IMG/VR virus record: IMGVR_UViG_3300027754_000091
Coordinates: 1-62,795 of that record
Length of the DNA: 62,795 bases
Strand: one strand, 5' to 3'
Source: a virus
Lineage: Duplodnaviria > Caudoviricetes
The translations under genes were made by a program, and so were the position numbers. Position 1 is the first letter of the stretch. Every line of letters begins with the position of its first letter. Shown one piece after another: positions 46,201 to 58,200 of this stretch. Under the pieces are notes generated by a model, which saw only the letters and a program-made list of their open reading frames with translations, was not told the DNA's origin and searched no databases.

Positions 46201-49200
46201 TAAAGGCTTCTATAGAACCTTTCTTATCTGATTCTAATTTTTCAGCCAAGACAGCATCTGGAACTGCTGAAAAAGGATATTGGTTTAAATACTTGTTGCT
46301 TTTTAAATTTTTAAAATCAGGATCAGAGTAAATTCCATAAGATTCAATTTCATCAGAAAAATTATTAAAATAAGTTTGTGGTTTATTTAAAGCAAAATTA
46401 ACATAATCTTTACTATCGTACTTGTCAAAAAAATCAGGGCTAAAGTTTCCTTGACCTCTTTTGTCATATCTTCCTTGTAGATTTTTTCTAAGATCTCTTA
46501 CTTTTTGCATTTCTGCTTTTTTGAAACTTGCAGCTTGTGCATTTTGATAAATTTTATAACTAGCAATTAACAAACCAGCAGTTGCTCCAATAGCTATACC
46601 CGGCAAACCAAATGCTGCACCAGCACCAGCACCAGCAGCAGTTGTTCCAACTACATTTGTAATATCTCCTGCTAATGTAGTGTCTGCCTTTCCATTAAGT
46701 CCATCTACTGCTTGTTTATCGAATAATTGTTGAACGCCAGGAAAAACGCCACCGTATTTTGCGATAACTTTTTCTTGTTTTCCAGCAGATGATTTATCAG
46801 AGCTAAAGGCATCTCCTAAATCTTGTAATGCGTTACTGGTATCTCCTAAAAATGTAATTCCAACACCAGCAGCAAGAAGTGGTGAAGCAGAACTAGCAGC
46901 CATAATTGCTGCCATCATAGGCAACGATTCGCCAATACCTGTTGCGGTTTCTCCAAGGCCACTTTTTATTTCTGCAATACTATAGTCATTCATATAGTTG
47001 CTTATTGGATCAACTAAAAACGGCAAACTCATTTCAGCAAGATTTGTAATACTTGCAAATTTATGAGCAGCACGACTTGGTTTTCCAGCAGAAACCTTTT
47101 TTATCTGAGATGCATTATTGAGCCATCTTTTTACTTGTTTAGCAACTTCTTCAACTTTGTCTAAATCTAAATAACCTCCCTCATCTTTAGCAAAAGCTTT
47201 AATTCTCTCGCTAAGAGTTGAACTTTCTTTAACTGTTTTTGTTCTAATAATAGATCTAATGTCATTAACACTTTTTAATTTACTAAGCTCTGGATTAATT
47301 TCTATGTATTTGTCAAAAGCGTTTAACGGATCACTAAATTTAGGATTTTCACCAATGGTTGAACCAATTATAGACTTTAATAATGGTGCATCCTTTTCAG
47401 CAGGTATTTTTGTAGGATTAATAGATCTTTTATACATATTTGCTATTTCATCATATATTGCATTATCAACTGTTTTATCGCCAGGTTTTTTTCCTTTAGA
47501 TAATTCTACAATATTGTCAAGCCTAGTTTTAAAATCAGCAAGTCCATCTTTTGTTGTACCTTGAGTTGATGCTGATACAGTTGGTACAACTTTTTGAGTA
47601 TTTAGTCTGTTTTTAATAAAATTATCTTGCTCCACTTTACTAAGATCGTCATATAATATTTGTTCGGATCTAGTAAGACTTGAAAGGATTTCCTTAATTT
47701 TTGCTGATGGATCAATAGTTTCTGGTGGTTTTTGCCTTATCCCTCTTTGAATTAAAAAATTGTTTCTTCCATCTGCATCCAAAGATGTATATTTTTCAAG
47801 CTGTTTTTTGTTTAGGGTCGCTGTTTCTATTTCTTCTGAAGGGGTAAGAGTGTTTTTTCCTTGAAGTGCCTCTTTCATTTCTCCTGGAATATTTGTTATA
47901 TCTATTCCTCCACCAATCATTTTATTAATTTTTTCAAAAAAACCAGCTTTCTTAGGGGCATCACCAACAATTTTTTTAGGGTCTTCAATAACACCAGTTT
48001 TCTTAGGATCTTCAACACCAACTTCGCCATCTTTCTTTTGCCCAAAAAGGCTATTATAACCCTTTTGAAGACCAATGGTTGTCAATCCACCCACTGTCGC
48101 TAGACCAAGACCAGCTAATACATATGTTAGAGTTTGTCCAGCATCCATATCCTTAGTGGGTTGTGGTGTATTTTTACCAATCGGTTTTTCTTCAGCGTTT
48201 ACATTTCCACCGAATAAAGATGATGCTATTCCCAATCCTATTCCTAAAGCACTAGCCTTTTTACCTCTAAGTTTTTGATAGGCAAGAGTACCAGCAACAC
48301 CAACACCAGCAGCAGCTAAAAGAGCAGTTCCTGTGTATGTTGTGGCTTGTCCAGCATCAATTTCCTTAGTGGGTTCTGGTGTACGACCAAGGTCTATATC
48401 TGCGTTTGCATTTCCAGCAGATAGTGATGCTGCAAGTCCTGCAAGTCCTCCAAGTCCTACCGTTTTTAAGAATGCTTTTCCAAGTCCTGGTTTTGACTTT
48501 GGTTTAGGTTCAAATTGGAATTTTTCTTGTGCAGTTCTAGCTATAGCTTCTTTAGTCCAAGGCTCATATAATTGAGAAATTTTTGCTTTTGGTTGTGGTC
48601 CAAACATATCTAATTCAGCAATTTTATTTTTTCCTATTTCTGGATCATTAGGATAAGTTCTCATTATAAATTCTTCAAGCAATGCTTGCTCGTAGCCCTT
48701 ATTGGCAAATTCTGGTTTACCAAAAATGCTATTTAATTCAATTGGTTTTTTACCACTAATAGCACTTGCAACATCTCGATGATATGAACTATTATAGGTT
48801 TCTGCCAAACCAAAATCTTTAGCATGATCAAGAACACTTAATGTTGAAGTTGATGGTGGTCTTTTTAAAGTATCTCCTGGTGATGGAGCTTTACCGTTAA
48901 TAAGCTTAGGATTTGCTGAGAAGCCTCTTTCTAAATCATTTGATTGCAGTTCAGCAAGCATGGTATCTACACCATAGCCTTGACCATACCTAGACATATC
49001 TATAGCACCAAAAAGTGAATTATGTATAGGAGATAATGGATTTTGAGCAGCAGATTGAACCCTATGACCAAATTCATGAAATCCTGTTTCAACTTCACCA
49101 GTTCTGCTATTTGATCTACGAGAATAAGTAGTTGCTAAATTTGGAAATTCATTAGCATCACCAAAAGTATTAATCTGTGTCTGTTGACTTATTACTTTAT

Positions 49201-52200
49201 CTTTAAATGCAGCAATAGCATTTGCTATTCTTTTATTGCTTGGTTGCTCAGACAATCTTTTTTCTAGTTTTATTATATCTTCACTATACTGATTGTTTTG
49301 AACCTCTTGATACCCAGTTTCAAAAGTAGTTAATATAGTTTCTTTTGGACCAGTGTCACCTTTAAGTGGTGGTCCTTGCATTGGCCCTCTTATTTTTCTA
49401 CGGTTTTGTACTTCCAACTCTTCTATGAGGTTGGCATCACCTAATCTATCTTGCAGATTAAGATATCTTTCAAATCGTTTTGCTTTTCTAGTTCCAAGGT
49501 ACTTTTCTGATTCTGCAAGGAAAAAATTTCTATTTTCATATGGATCATAGTTTTGTTTAGTTAAAAAAGCCTTTTGTGATACCATTGGATCAAAATCAAC
49601 ATTATTCTTATTATACTTATCCATAAAAGGGGTTGGATCTCCCGCTTTCAGAGTAGGTTCTTTAAACCTAAGAGTTCCAGTATTTTGCAATGCCTCTTTT
49701 AAAGCTGGATAACCCGGATTAAATGTATTATCTAAAAATTTCTGAATTTTTACTTGTTCTTGTTGAGCTTCGGAAAATCGATGAGTTGGTTTTTCATCCT
49801 TTTTAAGAGCACCCCAAAGATGATCTTCGTCACCATAAAGTGGCCTGTCTAATAAACTTGGCCTATCTTTCTGAATTATGCCTTTGTCAGTAGAAGTTTG
49901 TTGATTAGCAGAAAGCGATTTTTGTAATATGCTTGTTGTTTTAGGTTGATACTCAGATGCCCTTCTTTGAGCTTCATTAAGAAGATCCATTTCTCTTCCT
50001 TGACCAGCATATTCAAGAATACCAGAAACTGGAAGTGGTTTATCATCCTTAATTGCTAGAGCAATATTTCTATGAGCTTCACTTTGATAATTTTTTGCTT
50101 CTTTTGAAGAAGAAGAAAATTCAGTAAGCCTTTTTAATTTATCTGCTGGATCACTGCCCATCCCATAAACTGCTGATGCTTCATAACCAAAAGTTGTTTT
50201 ACCCTTATCTGTTAGATCAAGATATTTGTCTGTATTCAAAGATCCAAAAATTGAATTATTAAGAGGCGATTTTGATGATTGACTATTATTTGTTACTGCA
50301 TGAAAACGCTCATGTTTTGCAACGGCAATATTTTCTATTGGGTCTGGACCTGGGAAAGTTGCTGCCACATTATCTAATGGTGAATAACTACCACTGGCTC
50401 CTGTTCCTGTTTTATTTTCCTTAAAACCCCTATTGTACATTCTTGGGAATAATTCAATTTCACTTCCTAATCTAATGTTCTGTGGTTCATTTAAAAGATT
50501 TTTAATCTTTATTTTTTCTTCGTTGTTTGGAGATCCAACTATTTGTGAATCAGCAAGCCTAGATAATTCTTCAAGCCTTTTTTGATATTCAAGATATCTT
50601 TGAAATTGATTTGATTTTCTTTCCCCAAGATATTTTGCTGTCTTATCTTTAAAACTAAGTTCTGGTAAACTTGGATCTTCACGCTGAGGTTCAAGTAAGA
50701 ATTTAAGTTCTCCAGTATGCCTTAATGTTCTTTTTAATTTTTCAACACCAGGATTAAAACTGTTTCTAATAAAATCATCTGGTTCACCGCCCAAGTTCAA
50801 ATAACTAACCTTGCCCCCACTATTCATATAATCTAAAAGACCTTTATTCTTTTTGGCCTTGTCAGCACCAATAATAAATTCTCCAGACTGAACCATAGCT
50901 GGAGTTTTACGGTCAGCTTGACCCCCCTTAGAAAAACCCATCACTTTAATGTTTTTTACATCTTTTAAACCATAAACTCTTTCAAAATAACCCCCCCCAA
51001 TAGTAGTAATGTCTGGTGGACTTCCAGCCATTAACAAATCTTCAAAATATGGTTTTAAATTTGCTCTTCTTTCGTAATACGCTCTGCTGTTACCATCATT
51101 ATCAACAGGATCAATTGCTTGTGCTCCTTGCAACATTGCATTACGATTAGCCCTTAAATAATCTTCTGTAGCATCTAATATTTGTTGGTAAGGAACTTGC
51201 TTTATAGCTAATGGCATTGCATAAATTTGACCACCGATAGCCATTCTATTAATTTTATCTAGTTTTTGTGGATTAAGATTTTGTATATTTAAACCAGTAT
51301 CACTTATGTTTGTTATCATAGACCAAGGAGCAATGTTTTGTTTTGAAACCACTGCACTAATCGGCAAAGACCCATCACGATAAGGAATATTTGTAAGATT
51401 ATCATCGCCCTGCATTATTCTTAAAGAGTTGTTTAAAGCATTTCTTCTCCAAGAACCTCTAAGATTTCCAAACTTTGTTAACACTGCAATAGCAATATTT
51501 TGCTCCCTTTGCATTTTTGCAATTCTTTGTGCTTCTATCCGATTAACATTTAGTGGGGCAGCAAGAGCAGCAGCAGGATCAACAAAAGCACCGTCAGCTA
51601 AATATTTAACAGCACCGCCAGCATTCATTGCTTTTGTAGGCTTAACTGTTCCACCGCCATTTAAAGCTTGTAGCAAAGGAAGATTTTCAGATGTTGCTTT
51701 TGCGTTAACCACATATTCGCCATGATTTAACATGGTGGGTATTGTATCTGGACCTATTGGTTTGAATACAGTTGGATCTGCACCAACCATTGCAGAAGCA
51801 TGGGTTACCATACCGCCAGTGCTTTTCCCACCAGCCCTTGGAGCAAGTGGATTAACTGGAGCAACTAAGTTTCTTGGGGCATTTAAAAGATTTAACTGGA
51901 CATTTAAATTTTGTACAGTATCTGCTGCAATATTTGATTGTGCTTGAAGATCTCGAATTTGTTGAAGAAATGCACTTCCAATAAAACCGCCCAGTCTTTG
52001 TATATCATCTACAGCTTTTGAAAAAACTGATGAGGTAACATTTTGTTGAAGTAAATCTTTAACAAAACTTCCTAAGTTTATTTGATCTCCTTGAGCATTT
52101 GGATTGTTTTCAAAACTAAAACCATTTTTATCACTTCTTCTAATTAAACCTAATTTATCAGATAGTCCAACTTGAGTTTGAACTTCTTTAGATTGCATAG

Positions 52201-55200
52201 GGATAAATTGTTGTTCAACAGCATAATCTATGGCTTGTACAAGTCTTCCAGGCTTAAATTTACCACTTGCATCGCCATATGATTGAACTTTTGCAGCAAT
52301 AGCATTAATGTCTAAACCAGCAAGGTTTTTATTTTGAGCAAGTTGATTAAGTAAACGACCAACATTTAGAGAATCATCTTGATTTACAGAGTTAGCAGCA
52401 ATAACATTTGCTTGATAATTACCTTGTTCATCTTTAGTCTTTGCAAAATCTGTGGCTTTTGCTTCTAAGTTTTTTTGTTTTTCAACAGAGCTTAAAAATG
52501 TAGTAATATCTTTACTATTTGGTGCTACATATTTAGTATAACTTTCTTGTGTTACAAAATTAGCCATACCTTTAGCAGATGGGGCTATTGATTGTAAGTC
52601 TTTTATTTTTGCATCATTAGTTCTAATTGATTGTTCTTGTTGAGCTATTTGTGTTCTTGATAGCTCTGCGGATAACCTTGTAAAAAATTGTTCATTCTGC
52701 AATGTTAGTTGTGCAAAAAATTGGCCTTGTAAAGTTTGTTGATCTTGTATTATTAATAATTGTGCTTGTTCTCTTACTGCCATAACAGCAAAAAGTTGTG
52801 CGTTTAACTGAAGTAATTGTGGTCCATATTTATCTTGGGCTTTTGTTTCTGGTTTAGATACAAATCCACTTGCTTGTAAAAATTCAGATTTTAATTTTTT
52901 ACCTTCTTCTCCAGAAAAATCTAAGTATTCAAAAATTGCTTTTCTTTGCTCAACATTAAATCTTAAAAGATTTCCACCAAGTTCTTTAGCAATACTAGTC
53001 AATTGACTACCAGCTTGAAGTCTTTGCAATTGTTCTGGCGATGATGTTAAAAGTTTTTCACCCTTATTTTCTGTTTCAGATTGTTTTCTTGCATTATCCT
53101 GTTCTTCATTTGCTATTTCTTGTCTTATCTTTCCAACCCTTTGTTCAATTGCAGACACTTCTTCAGTTGAATCAGCAAGATTTCTCATTGCCTGATTAAG
53201 AAGTGAGGCTTCTACCTTCAATCTTCCTAACTCATTTGTCGCATCAGTATCTTGGCCCCTTCCATTGGCTCCCGCTGTAAATCTAGCATTTTTTCTTTTT
53301 GCTTCTGCTGCTTCTGTATTAATTCTATTCTGATTGATTCTATCTTGTATTTGTTGAGGATCTAATTGATTACCATTATTAAGACCAGTAAGCCTAGCCT
53401 GTTGTTCTGCAAATGCTTTTGTCTGATCAGATATGTTGGTCATATCAAGACCTATCTGACCTTCTTTTATTTCACCAAATCTTGCCCCTAATGGATTCGC
53501 CTTTTTTTGTTTATTTATTTCTTTTTCAATATCGATATTTTTTGAAAAAGTTCTTGTTTGTTGTTGAATTTTTGAAAGTTTATCAAATTCTTGTACAGTT
53601 TTTATTGTTTCTTGAGCCAGCTTGTTTATTCCAGCCACATATGTATCTGAGGCTTTTTCTAAATCCTCTGCAATTTTTTGATAAGCTTTTAAGAATGGTT
53701 CTGAAACACCAGACATTATTTTTTTTGCAAATTCACCGTAATCTCCACCAGACTCATTAAGCATTTTGTTGAAGTCTTCACCCATTTTTCCAACAATTGA
53801 ATTAACATATGCTATTGTTTGCGATGGGTCAAATCCTCTATTTTTTAATTCTTGTGTTAAAACACCCCTTAAAACAGTTTGTGGGTCTTTACCACCTTTA
53901 ATATCATTTGGGTTTATATTCGCAAGTATATCTGGAAGTAATGAAGATATATTTGCAACTATGTTTCCAGATTTTTGAAAATTAGCCCCACTTGAACCAA
54001 GCCCGCTTGAAACATCTTTTAAGTTTTCTGCAAATGCACTTGGGTTTAAAAACGATGATTGAACATCAGTAGATATTTTTCTCTTTTGACCTATAGAAAA
54101 ATTTGAAGATAATGCATCCGTTATTGTTTGAAATGCTGGACTTAAATTATTTAATGTTGAAGCAGCATTAGATGAAGCATTTGCCAAAAGTGAAAATGCT
54201 ATATTAAGTTGTTCTGTACTTTTAATTGCTAAAGTTTGATTTTTAATAGAAATTTGTTGTTTTTCAAAATCTTTTGCAAATGTTTCAAATTGTTTTTTTA
54301 ATTTTTCTATTGGTTGATCTAAACCAATTGACAATTTAGCAAGTTGTGATGAATTGGCCGAGTCTTCAAAAAATTTATTTAAATCAAATTTTTGATCATC
54401 TTGTGCTTTAAAAGTATTAGTTTTTACATCAAGTGTTATAGTTGGTTTTATTTCTTCTTCAATTTGCTTTGATAAAAGAGAATTTATTCCAGATGCTTGT
54501 CCTGCATATTGTGTTCTTCTTTCTGCTTTACCAAAAGTGGCTTGTTGTTCAGCCCTACTAGTAAATGAAAAAAATGAAGAACTTGATTTAACCTTTTCGT
54601 CTATTGAAGCATCAATTTTATCTTGTAAATCTGTAACTTCTTTTAAATTTGTAGCCGATATTTTATTGAATGATGTAGCTGCAACAGCAAAAGCATTCTT
54701 TAATTGAGTTCCAGCTTGTTCCAATTTTATATCTGCAATTTGTTTTGCAGCATCTCTAAGACCAGTTGAAAGACCAGTCAACCCGCCAATAACAAATCCA
54801 GCAGCTATTCCCAACGGACCTAAAAAGCTACCAACAGCAGCACCAGCAGCAGCACCAGTAAGAGCACCAGAAGTTGCAGCCCCTGCCTTATATGAACCTT
54901 CATTTTTATTAGCAACAGCCTCTTTTGCTTTAGCATCACTTAAATCAAATGAGCCTCCAATCATGCCAAGGCCAGTACTAGCAGCAAAAATATTGTTCTG
55001 TAAATTATCTCTGGAAAAAGTGTTTTTTAGAAAATCTGATCCTTTTCTAAATAATCCTTTTTTTCCTGTGTCTGAATAACCTTCTTTTTGTAATCTTTTA
55101 GCTAAAACTGGATCATAAAATTCGCCCTTGTCTGAAACTTCAAACTTCCTTCTTCCAGCAACAGTTTCTCTAGCCATTTGTTGAGCTTGCTTATTTGCAA

Positions 55201-58200
55201 ACTTTTCATCGAATTCTAAACCTTTTGCTTCAGAAAAAGATTTTATTTGATTAAAATAACCAGCCTTCAATCTTTGAGCAGTATTTTCTCTAATTTCTTT
55301 ACGAGTGCCCCCAGTTGCCTCTTCTCCATAAAGTGCTTTATAGTTAGCAAGTTCTTTTCTTATTTCTTTTTTATAACCATCACCATAAGTTGATGTTATT
55401 ACCTTTCCATCTTTTGTAATATTTCCATCTGGATTATCTTTGTATTTGTTCTTTAATGCATTAATTTCTGATCCTGTTTTTTCCAGATCTTTTTGTGCCT
55501 GATTAACGAATGCTTTATTTCTAGCAGCACTTTGATTTACTTGTTTTAAATTATCGACACTTTGACCAACATTTTTTTGTGCTTCTGCTGTTGTTGAAGC
55601 AGCAGCATCAATACTTGCTTGTTTATTGGCTGCTAAGTTTTCATAGTTTGTTTTAACTCTTGTTGCAGATTGTATTTTTTTATCAATTGCTTTTTCTTCT
55701 CTACTTCCAACAGCAACGCCTCTTTTTTGAGTTTCAAGACCTCTAATTTCTTGCTCTTTAGCTTTAGCGTTTGATATGTGTCTAGATTGAATATCTCTTT
55801 CTTCTTGTTCTTTTGCTTTAACATCTTTTAATATGCCCTTTCTTTCTTCCATTGTTTTTAAAATGTCTGCTCTTCTAGCATTTATGTTTTCCTCATTTTT
55901 TTGACCTTGAGCAACCTTATTTGCTTGCTGTTTATAAAGAGGTTCAAGTGCTTTTACTTGTTTGCTTGTATTAGTAATATCTTCCGCAACAGCTATTGCT
56001 TCTTGTCTATTCTGTCTTTTTTCTGCTTTATTTGTTGGTATTCTAAGTTGTCTTTCAACTTGTTTTGCATTTACTATTTCTTCTCTTGTTAAAGTTCCAT
56101 AACCACCACTAGCAAATTTCTTTCTACCAGTCGTATTCATATGGTCTAAATTAGAAACGCCAATCTGCTTTGTTTCATCTGGATTATAGATGTATTCACC
56201 TGGCATAACTAATGATGGAATAACCCCACCACTAGCTCTTCCAAGTCGAGATAAGTTTGAAGCACCTATGCTGTTAACTGAAGATTTTTTAATTACATAA
56301 GAACCAATCGGCAAGTCTAATGGAACACTGTCAGTGTTGCCAACGCCTGGAACTAAACCGCCAAGAGCTTTTGGTTTTCTTAAAGCATCATTAGCTTTTT
56401 TATTTAATTTTGATTCTTGATTTTCAAGATTAGCAAGTTTTGGATCGCCTTGTGCATAATTATTAGCTTTTACAATTTTTTCATATTCGCCTTCTTTAAA
56501 CTTTGCAGTATTGTAAACAACTCCAATATCGCCAAGATTTATAGTGTCGGACTCTATGGTATTTGAAAATGATTTTTTGTTTCCAATTCGCATTTTATAT
56601 CTGGCTAACTTGTCTACTAATTCAGCATCTGAAACTGCTTCTCCTACATTTTTTACTTCATATGGAAAATTGCCTTTTCCAATTAGATCAACAGGATAAC
56701 CAGGTTTTGTTCTTGGAGCACCCAATTGTTGGGCTGCAAATGATTCAAAAGAATTTCCTTGAGCAGCAATACCTTTTAAACTTGCCGATTTTTTGTCTTC
56801 TAATGGAAAACTAATTATGTTGTAATTAATTTTATCGGTTGGATTAATTAGATTACCAGACCTATAATCACTATCCTTGGGCGTTTTTGATGAATCAAAT
56901 AGTTTTAAAAGTAATTCTTTTGATATAAATTGTGTGGCTTCAATAGAACCACCACTACCAAAACGACTTCTTGGAATAACCAACTCACCAGGTTCTAACA
57001 ATGCAGGAACCTTATCGCCCCTACCAACTCCTGGTACAACTCCACCCTTCGCCATTTTAATTATCCCACCAGAAGCCCTTCTTGTTCCAGTTGGCAAAAA
57101 TGGAGAAAATGTACTTGGTTGATTTGCTGGTGCAGGAGCAAAAGCCGTACTACCAAACCCCTTTGCAAAACCAGTCAAGCTTTGAACCGTCTTTACTGCT
57201 GCAATTGCAGTTATAACTGGCAAAACTCCTTTTAAAGAATCGGCAAGTGCAATACCAGCAGAAGCAGCACCGAGAAGTAAATCTATTAGTGATTTAAAAG
57301 AAGATGTGTTAGTAAGATTTCTAATAAAGTCTGCAAATTCTTCTTTAACCTTTTGTATTTTTACGCCAAAAGCCTCTTGTGCTTGTGCAGCATTTAGAGC
57401 AAGAGAAGCACCACCTATTTGGGCGACACCTAAAGCTTTCTGTGCAACACCAAATTCTTGAATAAGTGGTATAACCTTGGAGATCTGCCTATATCCACCA
57501 AGTTCTTCGATAATGGCACTAAACCTTGGATCAGTAGATCTAAGCTCATTAAGAGCACCAGAAAGCCTTTTAACAGCCTCGTATGGCCCAACAAACTGGT
57601 TTGCAAGACCTAGATCACCAGCAGCTTTAGCTTCATCTGCTGTATACCTTAGTTGTACGCCAATATCCTTAAGTGCTTCAACAGTTTCATTACGCTGTAC
57701 CCTAGTAAATATAGTTCTAAGTCCAGTTCCAATACTTTCTGCACTTTCTCTAGTTGTTTGCCTAATCGATGTGAATAATGCTAAAAATTCATTTAAGTCA
57801 CCACCAGCAGCTTTAAAAGCACCACCAGCCTTACGAACACCTTCAATTAAGTCTTGAGCTTCAACAGCAAATTCAGCAGCAACAGCGTTAATTGAACCAA
57901 GGGCGTTACCCAAGTCTTTTGCACTTATGCCAAACTGATTCATAACCGCAATAGCACCTTCTGTGGTATCTTTGAGGTTATCAAAGCTTGGGGCTAATGC
58001 AGCTTGAGCCAATGCTTCAAGTGCAACCTTAGTGTCTGCTAAACTTAAGTTAGCTTGTTTTAATGTCACTGCCGTTGTAAGTAGGTCTTTGCTAGAAACA
58101 CCATAATTTTTTGATAGCCTAGTTACTTCATTACCAACAGCACCAACTTGTCCAACACTGTCTGTAGAAACCTGAGTTAATCTAATCATTTCACGATCAA

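Noticed and set aside
43245-57857. Many plus-strand ORFs of 60-143 aa opposite the TMP, and similar shadow ORFs elsewhere
   Set aside because: Antisense or alternative-frame shadows of long genes, without RBS or recognisable motifs
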